Counted from the whole stretch's first letter, positions 24,594-39,683 are shown. The stretch is DNA of 62,927 bases, filler included, from Octopus bimaculoides (GCF_001194135.2; 4 parts of 4 records of this genome joined end to end with filler, not necessarily neighbours in it); one strand, 5' to 3'. The notes: a model not told the origin generated them from the sequence alone. Program-made: numbers and translations.

Positions 24594-25153
24594 NNNNNNN
24601 NNNNNNNNNNNNNNNNNNNNNNNNNNNNNNNNNNNNNNNNNNNNNNNNNNNNNNNNNNNNNNNNNNNNNNNNNNNNNNNNNNNNNNNNNNNNNNNNNNNN
24701 NNNNNNNNNNNNNNNNNNNNNNNNNNNNNNNNNNNNNNNNNNNNNNNNNNNNNNNNNNNNNNNNNNNNNNNNNNNNNNNNNNNNNNNNNNNNNNNNNNNN
24801 NNNNNNNNNNNNNNNNNNNNNNNNNNNNNNNNNNNNNNNNNNNNNNNNNNNNNNNNNNNNNNNNNNNNNNNNNNNNNNNNNNNNNNNNNNNNNNNNNNNN
24901 NNNNNNNNNNNNNNNNNNNNNNNNNNNNNNNNNNNNNNNNNNNNNNNNNNNNNNNNNNNNNNNNNNNNNNNNNNNNNNNNNNNNNNNNNNNNNNNNNNNN
25001 NNNNNNNNNNNNNNNNNNNNNNNNNNNNNNNNNNNNNNNNNNNNNNNNNNNNNNNNNNNNNNNNNNNNNNNNNNNNNNNNNNNNNNNNNNNNNNNNNNNN
25101 NNNNNNNNNNNNNNNNNNNNNNNNNNNNNNNNNNNNNNNNNNNNNNNNNNNNN

Positions 25154-25198
<45 letters not shown>

Positions 25199-25619
25199 AT
25201 GTAAGCTGATAGATATTTATTTATTCTCATATGTATATACCCCTCTATCATTATTTGCTTTTACGCTTGCTAAAGACAATTTAACATTAAACTGATACGT
25301 TCGTCAATAAATTTGTAGATTACAAATTTAATATTCATAACAAAAATTTTGTTGATAGTCACTTCGAAATATTGGGCAGCAAAGCCTTCGTCGGACTGCG
25401 ATGCATTGCAGTTAGTCTTCCTTTTATATAGTCTCTGCTGCACTGAAATCTTCTTTTCGTGTGTGGCTTTACGTGGGGTGGTGGTTAGGTTTTTATGATT
25501 GACTATTATGGAGGAGCACTTGGAGGAATTATGATTGATTAAATTTGGGGTTGTGTTATTGTTTAGAATGTAATCATGGATGTAGGAGTTTGTAAACAAG
25601 CCTTGCTCTTTGACACTTT

Positions 25620-26040
25620 CGTTTGCTTCAGTCACTCTACTGCGGCCATGCTCTGGCATGCCTTAAAACGTTTTTAGTCGAAGAATTAGACCCCAAGACT
25701 TGTTATTTGAAAGCCTAATAAGTATTCTATCGGTCTCTTTTTCTGAACCGCTAAGTACACCAACATCGGTTGTCAATCGATGGTGGTGGTGATGGGGGAG
25801 ACAAACACAGACACAAAGACACACAAACATAAATGCACACACACACACACACACACAAACACACATGTATATATATATTTACGACGGGCTTCTTCCAGTT
25901 TCTGTCTAGCAAATCCGCTCACAAGTCTTCAATCGGCCCGACGCTTTTGTAGAAGTACACTTGCAAAATGTGCCGCACAGTGGGACTGAATCCGGAACCA
26001 TGTGGTTGGGAAGCAAGCTTCTTACCACACAGCCATGCTT
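25620..26040 (-). mobile_element. SINE family A, full length, diverged
   Basis: Reverse complement of 41275-41670 including tggctgtgtggtaagaagcttgcttcccaaccacatggttccgg. Confidence 0.85.
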
Positions 26041-26193
26041 TCCCCTGCATGTGTTTCGTTCTTTGTTAGGTCAGAAGATTGTCTTCTGCCACAATCTTGG
26101 ACGGATCAATGTCTCGTTAACAAATTTAATGGATGAAAGCTGTATGAAAGCCCGACAAAAATATAAACACACAAACACACACACACACACACA

Positions 26194-26241
<48 letters not shown>

Positions 26242-26249
26242 ATTTTGCG

Positions 26250-26430
26250 TTTGCTTTTGATCCACCACCATTGTTGGTTTATTTACGTCCCCCGAAATTA
26301 ACCAGCTAATTAAATAGGCCGTTGGGATAAGCAGCAATAAGTAGTTAGAGCTTCGTTGAATATTTTAGTAGAATACCCTTCAAGGCAATATCACAGCATG
26401 GTTGTAGTCCAATGACTGAAGCAAGTATGA
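26250..26430 (+). mobile_element. SINE family A 3' half, highly diverged
   Basis: gtttatttacgtcccc...cagcatggttgtagtccaatgactgaagcaagta. Confidence 0.55.
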
Positions 26431-27761
26431 AATAAAATGCATACCACTTCATAGAAATCAAAACCAATCAATGGTTATGTGTTGTCTAAGGAGAGTGATT
26501 CTAACAATATTATTAACACACGTACTGGTCGATTCAACTTCTTTATTATTATTACTTTCGTTAAATACCCGATTAACTAATCGATTACGAACTTAATTTG
26601 ACAATCAAAAACTAATGAGTTACTATTTAACCAAATTAAAGGAATACTAGATTAGTTAGTTGGATATTTAACCAATTCGCTAATAATAAAAGGGAGGATT
26701 TGAGCCAGTGCGTGTGTTAATAACATTGACATAATGACTATCCCAAAATACAACAGAATTTGTTTCAAGACGCGAATTCACATAAGGAACCTTGCAATCC
26801 GGATACAGAAACGGAATCAACCAATAAACACTCTTTCCCAAAATCTCTCTCATACAATAAATAAGTGTCTTTGCACTTGTTCCTCTGTGTGAGCATCGAG
26901 CTTAGAACATGATTATTTTCGTACAAAAATATAGTAACGTGATACAAGGAAATCATTTAAAAAAATGATAGTTTAAAAAAAAAAAAGAAAATAATGATGT
27001 ATTGATACGTTGTTTTTCATTTCTGAATAAGGAAAATATATGATATTTTCGGAATAGATATTTGATATCATTATATTTTTTTAATAGGATTTTTTTATAA
27101 AATTCTACATTTAATTTTGTATAAATAGCTTTACAACCGGCCAGAAAAAAACCAAAACAAAACAATATTATTGTTTACATTCCAATAGTTGTTTATTCGA
27201 TATTGGAACCACACACACATACCATCCCCACACACATATTTACAGAGAGAGAGATGGTATATATATATATATATATATATACATACATACAGAGAGATTG
27301 AGATAGCTCACACACACACACACACATAGATATATATCATATTCATATATACATTTTCCTGTATGTATTTATGTAAGTATATAGAGAGCCATTATTTACT
27401 TTTTGATGCATTTATTTATCGAATCTTATCTACATTTTTTTAGTAATTAATTCTTCTGTTGTGTTATGATTGATATTCATCTTTCGGTGAATGTTTTCGA
27501 GTGGTTGATAATAACGTTATATTATATATTGAAGCACTCAGATGAGAGGAACTTCAGAAGAAAGTAGTCATTAATTAATTATTAATTAAAATATTGAGAT
27601 TGTTGAGACAACTATTATTTAACCTATTGGAATTTTACATTTATAACGTGCAAACGTATCACATTAGCAGCAATTAAACTTGTAAATACACATGCAAACA
27701 CACACATATATATGTATGTATGTAGATATGTATGTGTGTATGTAATGTATGTACGTATGTA

Positions 27762-27815
<54 letters not shown>

Positions 27816-29244
27816 TATATANNNNNNNNNNTCAGATGAGAGGAACTTCAGAAGAAAGTAGTCATTAATTAATTATTAATTAAAATATTGAGATTGTTGA
27901 GACAACTATTATTTAACCTATTGGAATTTTACATTTATAACGTGCAAACGTATCACATTAGCAGCAATTAAACTTGTAAATACACATGCAAACACACACA
28001 TATATATGTATGTATGTATGCATGTAGGTTTATAAGCAAAATCTTCATTAACTAGAAGCTTCCAAACAACTGTTACCATAACAAGAATTAGAATCCCAAT
28101 GAATGACAGTCAGGCATTATTTTTATATGGTCTGTTAAAGACAGAATTTATCCTGAAGGAACTATGAAGCTGAGGACAGCATGGAATGGTTTAATCCTAC
28201 AAGTCCCTAAATATCAATGAAAGACAAATTAAGACAAATCGAACACAAGGTGCAAAAGCCTCGCAGGTACAACATACTTGAATGTTTTACAGGTATCTTC
28301 ATTCGCCTAACAAACATCATTATGATATCGACACCTTTTCATTATCATTCAATCCAGCGTTGTCAACAGTGTAAAACAGAAATGCTGTCTGAGAAGTGAT
28401 AAATAAGGAGAAGCCAAACAATTGCGCAGTATATCCAGTATGTTTACTTGTGTGTATTGTTACACATACAGACATGAAATCTCAAACGTAGCTACGCAAC
28501 ACAACAGTTAAAAATGAGATATAGAAAGCGGAGAAATATCATTACATCGTTCATTACCACACCATGAAGTATAGAAATTTAAAATCATAAAATATTGAAG
28601 CGAAATGGAAGGCAAAATATATTGGACAGAATTAATGTAAAGTGTAGCCGAAAATACAGCTTGCAAATACATATAATGGAAAATAATAACTTAAGTATAA
28701 TCAATCTAGAATTGTAAACGTTTACATTAGCCAGAGTACATAAACACATAGGTACTGCGACCGAACAACCTATATTGGATATTTAAAACTAAAAGACATG
28801 AGGCAAACGCACTAAATATAAACTAATGGAATAATATATCAGTTTTAAAATCAGGCTTAAATTATATCAAAACAGCACGATATGGGAATAAACCAATGTA
28901 GACCAATATCTCGTAAACATAAACCTTAATTCAATATGATATCAATAAACGACTATATTCATTTAAAACATATGAATCATATAAAATTTACTACAACACA
29001 AACCGAAACGAAAATACACGCCGACATACTTAAAATATTAAAAAGGAACTGAATTAAATGTAAACGAAGCGAATAACATGTCACTTTAACTATCAATAAC
29101 CTACCAAATAGTATTACATCAACGTAGACCTATTTAATGTAAACTTTAATTATAGAGAATATATTTAAACTGATATTTACAACTAATAAATTGCATGGGA
29201 TATAATATTGCCTACACAGCTAAATCAATGAAGCATAACAGAAC

Positions 29245-29279
<35 letters not shown>

Positions 29280-29775
29280 TTGCTATTACGGAAAAGTGTC
29301 GCATGTCCAAATTTGGCTAAATGCATTTTCTTTTCAAGGATAAACTTGAAGGATAAACTTCTACTTCGGAATTCCAATTCTCACTGCTCCGAAAACAAAA
29401 CGGGGGTTTTCATATGAGATACAGGAGTATGCCTGTCTTTATATGATAATATTCGAAAAGCTGGAGTATTGAGAAACTGATGTTCTGGATAACAGAATTT
29501 TTCTAACCAACATGTCGGCGTTTTAGGCACGAAAGAAGGACAATACTAAAGAGGTAGTGGAAATTTTGACGTCGACTGATTAAAAGCAGTAAGGATACGG
29601 GTGGAATTCGATGAACCAGGTATCAGTTCAAGAAATGAGAGGCAATTTTGGTTGAGTCTGAAACAACACAGGTGACGGTTTTGTACCCTTGTGAGGCATT
29701 TCTATATTCATATGTTGTAGATATATTATATGAATCAACAAATACATGTATATGTGTGTATATATGTATATATGT

Positions 29776-30148
29776 GGAGGCGCAATGGCACAGTGGTTAG
29801 GGCAGAGGACTCGCCGTTTCGATTCCCAGACCGGGCGTTGTGAGTGTTTATTGAGCGAAAACACCTAAAGCTCCACGAGGCTCCGGCAGGGGATGGTGAC
29901 GATCTCTGCTGTACTCTTCCACCACAACTTTCTCTCACTCTTACTTCCTGTTTCTGTTGTGCCTGTAATTCAAAGGGTCAGCCTTGTCACACTGTGTCAC
30001 GCTGAATATCCCCGAGAACTACGTTAAGGGTACACGTGTCTGTGGAGTCCTCAGCCACTTGCACGTTAATTTCATGAGCAGGCTGTTCCGTTGATCGGAT
30101 CAACTGGAACCCTCGACGTCGTAAGCGACGGAGTGTCAACAACAACAA
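29776..30148 (+). mobile_element. SINE family C
   Basis: ggaggcgcaatggcacagtggttagggcag head, gtttcgattcc B box, caacaacaac tail; small deletion relative to 6893-7279. Confidence 0.92.
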
Positions 30149-30254
30149 TATGTATATATATTTTTGTGTAGGCATACTCACGTACACATATGATTTCATG
30201 TTTAGGCATACATAAGAACTGCAATTTCGGGGTAGGGATAAGATGATTAGATCC

Positions 30255-30395
30255 ACCCTAGTGCTCAGCTGACACTTATTTTACCGCCTTCAAAACGCAA
30301 CAGCGTCCTCAACGGAATTAGAACGCAAAACGAATAGACGGACGAAATGCGTTAGGCTTTTTACGCAGCTTGCTAACGATTCTTCCAGCTCTTTC
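30255..30395 (-). mobile_element. SINE family B, diverged 5' part
   Basis: Reverse complement gagctggaagaatcgttagcaagctgcg...atttcgtccgtc. Confidence 0.6.
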
Positions 30396-30880
30396 CCTTA
30401 GACACATATACACATTGTAATCTTGTTCATACTTAATTCCTTTTTGTGAATCGAAATTCGGATATGAATCACTCAGCCTTTAAAGCCATTTATAACTCGT
30501 TTATTACATTGTATGAAAGGGTTCTTAAGGCAGTAATATAGAAACAACTACTATTATTATTATTATTATTAAAAATAATGATATAATATAAGAAAGCAAG
30601 CAAGGACACTAATAAGTGTTTTTTTTTACTACTCGAATACCTTATTGACTACTGAAGTCGTCCTCTTCCACACCTTCCCCAGCTTCCCAGATTGTCTTAT
30701 AATGTGGTTTTTCTTGATATTTCGACCGGTTCCTCTAAGGAAATGATTTCTTTCAATGCTGATTCTTATTGGAAATATACGGTACTATATCACCTACCAA
30801 GCAAATCTTCATTGTAACCATCGCCATGACACACACGCACACACACATGTATGTGTGTATTATCTATATAACTATCTACC

Positions 30881-30942
<62 letters not shown>

Positions 30943-31654
30943 NNNNNNNNNNNNNNNNNNNNNNNNNNNNNNNNNNNNNNNNNNNNNNNNNNNNNNNNNN
31001 NNNNNNNNNNNNNNNNNNNNNNNNNNNNNNNNNNNNNNNNNNNNNNNNNNNNNNNNNNNNNNNNNNNNNNNNNNNNNNNNNNNNNNNNNNNNNNNNNATA
31101 TATATATTTGCTAGTCTCAAGATAAGGTAAGAATCATTGATCGACTATTGTTCTTGGCATTGGAATTGTTATCGGTATTGCATTCATAGCTCTTTGATCT
31201 CAGCATCAATAAGCGTGTGCCTGTTTGTCTGCGCACATATACGCGCGCACACAAACACTCACAGGCATAAGTGTGTGTGCGTGCGTGCTTACGTGTTTGT
31301 GTGTATGCATGATAGTATATATTTATAATAACGACACACGCACACACACACACACATATGTGTGTGTGTGTGTGTGTGTGCACCACAAATCACTTGATGT
31401 TCGCCAACAATTTTGCACGCATGTACGAACACACTCTATTATGAACAGTATTACCACTATCATCTTCAGATGAAAATTGTGCCGTATGTTCATTCACGAA
31501 GACTCACAGAATATGTTCAAACTCATATATATTTGAGATACATATATTGCACTAACACAAGACTGCACTCACACGTATACACAGAAAATCACACACACAC
31601 GTACAGGTAAACATACATACAAACACACAAAAATATATGTATAAATAGACGCAA

Positions 31655-31895
31655 GCGTGGTTTGCTTCCATACCGCATGATTCCGAGTGGAACCTTGGGC
31701 AAGTGTCTTCTACTATAGCCTCGTGTCAACCATTGGTGTGTGTATGTCCCCGTAACTTAGCGGTTCTGCAAAAACGGCCGATAGAATTGATAAATACTAG
31801 GGTTACAAAGAATATGCTCTGGAGTCGATTTGTCCGACTAAAGGCCGTGCTTCAGTATGGCTGCACTCAAAATAACTGAAACAAATAATAAAGAA
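31655..31895 (+). mobile_element. SINE family A with internal deletion
   Basis: ccttgggcaagtgtcttctactatagcctcg joined to cccgtaacttagcggttc...aactgaaacaa. Confidence 0.8.
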
Positions 31896-32206
31896 CACAC
31901 ACACACATATATATATATATGTATGTGTAGAATCAGAATAAACAGCAGGATATCACGTAGTAATGCAGTACGACCGTTGATGACCTGCTGCTTATTTTGA
32001 TTTTATTCACCTTACTTCGAACCGCGGAGCCGCGTGAAGCTAAGGAGTTCCGCTCATAAACACACACGTCGGCCGGTCTGAGATGCTAGCTCACGATCCC
32101 TAGGCAGCTTTCTTTTTATTTGTATCGTGAAAAAAAATGGAAACATTTGGAATCATTACTACAAAACATATCAATTTATAGGCTAATCGTTTTATTCATT
32201 TATATT

Positions 32207-32285
32207 ATGGACATCTGTGCATCTTTATTACACCACATGTGTGAGGAGATGTTCTGCTTCGAACACTTAGCTCAAGATAGTTTTG
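32207..32285 (+). CDS. Candidate first coding exon MDICASLLHHMCEEMFCFEHLAQDSF(G)
   Basis: ATG about 110 nt downstream of a CpG-rich patch (32020-32100); ends at TTG|GTGAGG donor (phase 1). No homology recognised. Confidence 0.25.
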
Positions 32286-33827
32286 GTGAGGCACCGTCCT
32301 GAAAAATAACGATATTTGTTGTGTGTTTGTAAGTTTGTTTTTTGTTTCTTTTGGTGGTGAGAAATTTAAAGGTTCGCCGGCCCATTGCTGTCTGCATCTG
32401 ATTTAAAAACGAAGAGATAACCTCCAGAGCAGCTGGAGTACAGAGAACGAGAGAGAAAGCGACTTGGAGAAAATAGAGATATGAGGAACTGGCAGGGAGG
32501 GAGATGGAGAGCAGAAACCCTGAGACAAACGGACGGAAAGAAAAGAAGTGAGAAAGAAAGAGAAAGACAGAGAGACAGAGAACGAGCGAGGGAGAAAGAT
32601 AGAGAGACAGACAGACAGACAGAAGAAAGCTGGAGACAAGTCAAGAAATTTTACCGCGGTATGATGTGAACTTAAACCGTGAGTGCCGGAACGAATGCTG
32701 ACCCTGGACGGATTTTGCCAATTCAATTGTTTTTTTTTTATTCCTCTATTTCATTTTCCTGAGAGATAAAAGACACAGTTCACTCATACACATATACACA
32801 CTAAGTTAAGTAAGAGAAACAATGGACAATCAAAGCGCTTTATATATAAACTCGTTATTATGAGTCGGAAATAGCATTGTGACTAAAACATGGCAACGTG
32901 TGGTAAAATACGATAAATGATAGGGGTCCATGAACTAAGACACGTACGATTTGTTATTTATAAAGTAAGGACCGACACATACACTGCGGTTCCATATAGC
33001 AACGGAATACTGCATATAGTGAAAAAACAATCGTTTGTGATTAATCCCCGGCTAATCGCTACACTTCATTAGATAATTTCATTATTAGAGGTATCCGAAT
33101 TTATCATTCGCAGTCGTTCCGGCTAGTGTGATGAATGCATATGATAACGAAATATAACGAAATAAGAGTGAAATCAGTATAACATTCAAAACCTACTGCT
33201 AACCCCATCACATTTGTAACGTTTGACTATTTGTCAGTTTTAGCAAATTCAAAAGCGATATTTCACATTCATTCTCTGTCGTAGCCGATGTATTTTACGC
33301 TAAGCTAACAATCATAGCGAATGACATCTGTTTGCTAAGCCGGATATTAAATATGCTTGATGAGAATCTTGCAAACTATGATTAATTTTTTCTCGTACAC
33401 AAATGACTGGCAAACTTCATTGCGTTTCGTTCACAATAGACCGATTGTTCAGACTACTAATTAATACATACATACAAACACACAAGAATGCACGCATACA
33501 CATAAGTATATTTAATATATATATATATATATATATANNNNNNNNNNNNNNNNNNNNNNNNNNNNNNNNNNNNNNNNNNNNNNNNNNNNNNNNNNNNNNN
33601 NNNNNNNNNNNNNNNNNNNNNNNNNNNNNNNNNNNNNNNNNNNNNNNNNNNNNNNNNNNNNNNNNNNNNNNNNNNNNNNNNNNNNNNNNNNNNNNNNNNN
33701 NNNNNNNNNNNNNNNNNNNNNNNNNNNNNNNNNNNNNNNNNNNNNNNNNNNNNNNNNNNNNNNNNNNNNNNNNNNNNNNNNNNNNNNNNNNNNNNNNNNN
33801 NNNNNNNNNNNNNNNNNNNNNNNNNNN

Positions 33828-33870
<43 letters not shown>

Positions 33871-33887
33871 CACACACAGAGAATGAT

Positions 33888-33921
<34 letters not shown>

Positions 33922-35611
33922 ACCGAGTGAGTGAGAGAAGGAAAGAAAGGAACGAAGGAAGAAAGCAAGGAAGGAAGAAAGAAATAAAGAAAGAATCTGT
34001 TCGACAGAAGGATGGTGGTAAAGATATCAAAGATAGATATTTGCCTATGTTTCTTGTAAAATCATGCCAGTTCACTCGATAACATTTCTCCACTCACGTC
34101 CGTGCATATGAATTCTGTTGAATGTGTATATATCTACCGAAACTTACACATTCACATACATTCAAACATGTGTAAATGCCTATGTACTTATCTCTCTCAC
34201 TCCCCTTCTCTTCCCCCACCTCTCTCTCTCCCCTTCTCTTCCCCCACCTCTCTCTGTATGAGTGGGCGATCATGTGTAAAACCCAAAGAACAGAATATAA
34301 CGCTTGATAAAGGAGTTTATACGTTTGTAATTATCATTTAACTTATGGTGTTTGACTACATTCTTACTCTGAAGGAATTTGGGCTGCCATTGATCAGGCT
34401 CTGCAATTGCGAATACTAATGAATTACAACACAAATGCTGAAAATAAAGAAGGCTAATTTTCACTGATTAAAATTACTGGAGATGTAAAGTGTGATAACT
34501 TGTCTAGCATGTTCTCTTATCCAGTGCAGTTACTCCGAGTAGCTCGTATGATCAGCTGTTTAGGACTGATATTCTTAAGAATGCTTTATGAATCTGTGTC
34601 TTTGGTTATATGACTATATGTATACGTTATATTATTCAACACTTGGCACCTACGAACACAACAAATACATTTGTTTCACATGTGAAAACTGATGATAAAT
34701 TTTGGCAAATAATTGTGTTATACTCTAATCATTAGCAAGGTTGACATTCTTAAACCAGTTAAGGACCTTGTTATTTTAAGTTACACGTCTAGTAGAGGCT
34801 TGTGTGTGGTCCTATGAACATAGAAAGCGTTATCTCCTCATACTGGGAGATCTGAAACTTAGCGTTCTAAACCTTTAGAATGAATTGTATGAAACTGTTT
34901 CTTTCAAAATTTAAATGATATGCTACTTTTAAGGTTAGTGATAACGACCTTAAGCAAAGAAAAAGTTCTCAACGTATTAGTAGAGGCAATCTTCTTGTGT
35001 AACAGTAATTGTTCAAATAACAATCGTTCAGTTTTGCTGCGGTAAAATGTTTTGCGATACAAAACTACCGTAACTTTTCGGTTACTCCACTTGATATTGT
35101 CCAATATCCGTTTTGTAGAATAGTTCATTCTGTGTTCTTACATTACAAATGGGTCTATTTCCTGTATTTCTCATTGCTTTTACAGTAAGAGATCTGCTTC
35201 TATTTCGCTTTCATTCAGTTTCATCTACAATTCTTCATAAAATGTAGTTCTTCGCATATCTGTCACTCTCACAGATCTGTTTCTTCCGCGGCACAGAAAC
35301 GCACAAACAAACACACACACACACCCACACACACACACACACACACATGCGCGCAAATGTGTAGACGCGCACATAAATATATACAGGGATGCATTTCATA
35401 TGTTTACATATAGATATATACACGAACATAAATCTTCAGTATATTCTGATATGTAAAAGTGTGTGTATATATATATGTATATATGAATACATAAATATAT
35501 ATGTATATATANNNNNNNNNNNNNNNNNNNNNNNNNNNNNNNNNNNNNNNNNNNNTTAATTAATTAANNNNNNNNNNNNNNNNNNNNNNNNNNNNNNNNN
35601 NNNNNNNNNNN

Positions 35612-35674
<63 letters not shown>

Positions 35675-36341
35675 ATAGTTGTTACTAGGTTTACACGGTA
35701 CATAGTTTGCATGGTTTCACCATTACGGTTTCTGTTTAGCAAGTACTATTCTGGGTGGGGGGTGCAGTTGATTCTCTTCCTTCTGCATTTCCAGAAACAA
35801 CACTTCGTTCCTCGTTTCGTTTGCGTTTTACTTTTTTTTCTTTCTTTCAATTTCTTCTCAGTTTTTTTTTCTTTACTTTTTCATCTTTTTAATTTATTAT
35901 TTTTTTTTTTCCGATAATAAATTATACCACACTCTAAGCTAATGTTTAAATAAGAAATAAATATTTTTATTATCAAATATTTACCAGATTTGTTAACAAA
36001 AGTGTCAAATATCCTGAAATGAAAAAATTAGTACATCTCTGGATAAATTAATGTCTGGAAAAAATATAATATATTGAATAAAGAAAGCTAGAATTCATAG
36101 TAATTCTCCATAAGTTAGGCGTTCATATCCTGAAGTTCATAATTTACTGTCTAGCATGTGAACTTTCAGGATATATCATGCTGCTAACAATATTCAAAGC
36201 CTGCCTTTCAGAGAGACTGGCAGAACACATGTGGATTTCGGGAATGAGGCTGCCGATGACCTTTTTATACTTATCTATGAACCGTCACAATGGACTCTCG
36301 TTTTCCTGAGTTTCCTGCTTTTCTGCTGATTTGTGTGTATA

Positions 36342-36394
<53 letters not shown>

Positions 36395-37212
36395 TGCAGA
36401 ATGGGACAAGAACAGAAAACATCAAGAAAGTTAGGTGATACAAGAATGGGACAAAACATTCAGATAAACGATACAAAGAAAACACGGACAGGTCATTCGG
36501 AGTTTTCTCTCTTCAGTTGAGATCCAGATTATCTTTGCAATTTCGGCTGGTTATTCTCGATATTGCTCCAATATGGCCAGCCCCAAGGAAAAACTAAGCT
36601 ANNNNNNNNNNNNNNNNNNNNNNNNNNNNNNNNNNNNNNNNNNNNNNNNNNNNNNNNNNNNNNNNNNNNNNNNNNNNNNNNNNNNNNNNNNNNNNNNNNN
36701 NNNNNNNNNNNNNNNNNNNNNNNNNNNNNNNNNNNNNNNNNNNNNNNNNNNNNNNNNNNNNNNNNNNNNNNNNNNNNNNNNNNNNNNNNNNNNNNNNNNN
36801 NNNNNNNNNNNNNNNNNNNNNNNNNNNNNNNNNNNNNNNNNNNNNNNNNNNNNNNNNNNNNNNNNNNNNNNNNNNNNNNNNNNNNNNNNNNNNNNNNNNN
36901 NNNNNNNNNNNNNNNNNNNNNNNNNNNNNNNNNNNNNNNNNNNNNNNNNNNNNNNNNNNNNNNNNNNNNNNNNNNNNNNNNNNNNNNNNNNNNNNNNNNN
37001 NNNNNNNNNNNNNNNNNNNNNNNNNNNNNNNNNNNNNNNNNNNNNNNNNNNNNNNNNNNNNNNNNNNNNNNNNNNNNNNNNNNNNNNNNNNNNNNNNNNN
37101 NNNNNNNNNNNNNNNNNNNNNNNNNNNNNNNNNNNNNNNNNNNNNNNNNNNNNNNNNNNNNNNNNNNNNNNNNNNNNNNNNNNNNNNNNNNNNNNNNNNN
37201 NNNNNNNNNNNN

Positions 37213-37287
<75 letters not shown>

Positions 37288-37959
37288 CTAGCTGATCAAT
37301 TCAAGATCTAAGAGATGAGACATTGTAGGGGTGGTCATATGGGGTTGTTGCTTTTACATATATTATAGGAAGAATAGCATAACTAATTATCTTTGATTTT
37401 CTTTTAAATCTATAACCCGAAAATATTGAACACTTTGTTGATTATCTAAAAAGAAAGTATTGATTTTAGGTGCAATTTTGAAAGCTAAGTACAGACTATT
37501 TAAGAGAGGTGTGATAGATTTATATTATTGTGGAAAGTGTTATGGAAGTAAGCAAAGTTATAAATGTAAAAAGATAGAAAATGTGATATATTATATTTAT
37601 AAAAGATAAATCATATATATATAAATGTATACAAATATATATAGACGTGCATGTATGTATGTATGTATGTATGTATATGTATATACATATATATATGCAT
37701 ACATATATACATATATACATATGCATACATACATACATATACATATATATATAAATGATTATATATACACACATGTATATCTATATATAAATGTATATAT
37801 ACATACACACGTGTGTATATATATATAAATATATACATATATGCACACATACAGACATATATATATATATACATACATACATTCACACATAAATGCATAC
37901 ATATATATATGTGTGTGTGTGTATGTATGTATGCATGTATGTATGTATGTATGTATATT

Positions 37960-38733
37960 AGAGCGACTACATCCATGTCGCTAAACCTTTCAGTCATAGC
38001 GCCATAAAAGCACTGCTTATCTCAAGGAAATATCAACGCATCAACGTCTTCGTTGTGACACAGATGTACAATGCTATCAAGAAAGAAACCTTGAGTTTGC
38101 CTGAAGAAATTGATGAAGATTACGATTAACTGAGAATACTTTACAGCTGATGAAGAGAGATAAATCCCCTGGAAAATACGGTGTAACAACGAAAATGTTG
38201 CACAGGGGTGAGGAGATAAAGAGAATCTTTGTTCCACTTCGCAATCGAATACTTGCTTTATAAGGTGACGGTGAAGATATAAGAAACTACTCCCCCAGTA
38301 ATAAGTAAGTCTATATGGGACAATCAATAACTGTATACTGAGACACGAACGATGAAATTTCACGCAGAATAAGAGGAAGGTGGCAGACGATCGCCTTGAT
38401 GTGCTCAAAGTTCGGATGGACAAGCTACTGCGTTATCTTCAATAACACTGTTCCTATAGAGTTATTCAGCACGCAGTTGAGACATGAGCTACTACGAAGA
38501 AAGATGAACAGCAACTGGGTACATCAAAGAGGGTTGTAGAAAAAAGATCTATTCAAGAAATGTCATTGTGGAAGCATATCGGAAACGAGGTAATTGGAAA
38601 ATGGGTGTGATCGGAGAATACCAAAAACACAAGTTCTGCAGGGAAGGACATGTCACAAGATTAACAGAGAACAGGTAAACTCGAGCAGTTGTCGAATAAT
38701 ATCCAAGAAATCGGAAGAAACCACTAGGAAGAG
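37960..38733 (+). pseudogene. Decayed, internally deleted RTE-clade LINE ORF2
   Basis: MKRDKSPGKYGVTTKML; GD.EDIRNY; C-terminal GHVTRLTENR*TRAVVE*YPRNRKKPLGR. Confidence 0.85.
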
Positions 38734-38734
38734 C

Positions 38735-38774
<40 letters not shown>

Positions 38775-38868
38775 NNNNNNNNNNNNNNNNNNNNNNNNNN
38801 NNNNNNNNNNNNNNNNNNNNNNNNNNNNNNNNNNNNNNNNNNNNNNNNNNNNNNNNNNNNNNNNNNNN

Positions 38869-38915
<47 letters not shown>

Positions 38916-38932
38916 AACATATATACACATAC

Positions 38933-39320
38933 AAGTGTGGTAAGAAGCTTGCTTTCCAACCACATGCGTGGCACCTTGGGCAAGTATCTTCTACTATAGC
39001 CTCGGGCCGACCAAAGCTTTGTGAATGAATTTGGTAGATGGAAACTGAAAGAAGCCCGTCGTATATGTGTGTGTGTGTGTATGTATGTATTTGTGTGTGT
39101 GTGTGTATGTATGTATTTGTGTGTTTGTGTTTGTCCCCACCCCACTATCGCTTGACAACCGATGTTGGTGTGTTTATGTCCCCATAACTCCGGCAAGAGA
39201 GACCGATAGAATAAGTACTAGGCTTACAAAGAATAAGTCCTGGCGTCGAGTTGTTCGACTAAATGGCGGTGCTCCAGTATGGCCGAAGTCAAATGACTGA
39301 AACAAGTAAAAGAATAAAAG
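38933..39320 (+). mobile_element. SINE family A
   Basis: Same head, core and tail as 41275-41670. Confidence 0.9.
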
Positions 39321-39330
39321 AATATATATA

Positions 39331-39458
39331 CAGGGTGTCCACAAAGTCTTGGGTACATGGGGATGAACACATACTTTAAGAAATTATCATTTCTTATATT
39401 TAATTGTTTATGTTATGATTTTATTTACTCCATGCACCCAGACTTTGTGGACACCCTG
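39331..39458. mobile_element. 128-bp Tc1/mariner-type MITE
   Basis: About 30-bp TIR cagggtgtccacaaagtc(t)tgggtacatgg / ccatgcacccagactttgtggacaccctg; TA on both sides. Confidence 0.9.
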
Positions 39459-39683
39459 TATAATAGTATTATAGTATTATTCATTGTATATAGTACAATA
39501 TAATATAATAAATTTATAAAGTAGACTCGTGTATCTCGGCCGTACGTAAATATAGATTTAATTTATATATTCAGGTACCATTACCAAAAAATATATACTA
39601 ATACGCACACGTCTTTTTCTATATAGGCAAATACCTGGATTTGACTTTCCATATAAGTGCCAATACAACCTTATTATAGAGAA

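Noticed and set aside
27538-28017. Identical direct repeat of about 186 bp (27538-27723 and 27832-28017)
   Set aside because: Copies are identical and flank a 10-N gap: typical unmerged contig overlap
28380-29240. A-rich stretch resembling a decayed Penelope ORF
   Set aside because: No diagnostic motif could be read reliably
36488-36516. Minus-strand CTGAAGA-gag/ctc-CGAAT
   Set aside because: GAAA box missing and no stem I or III
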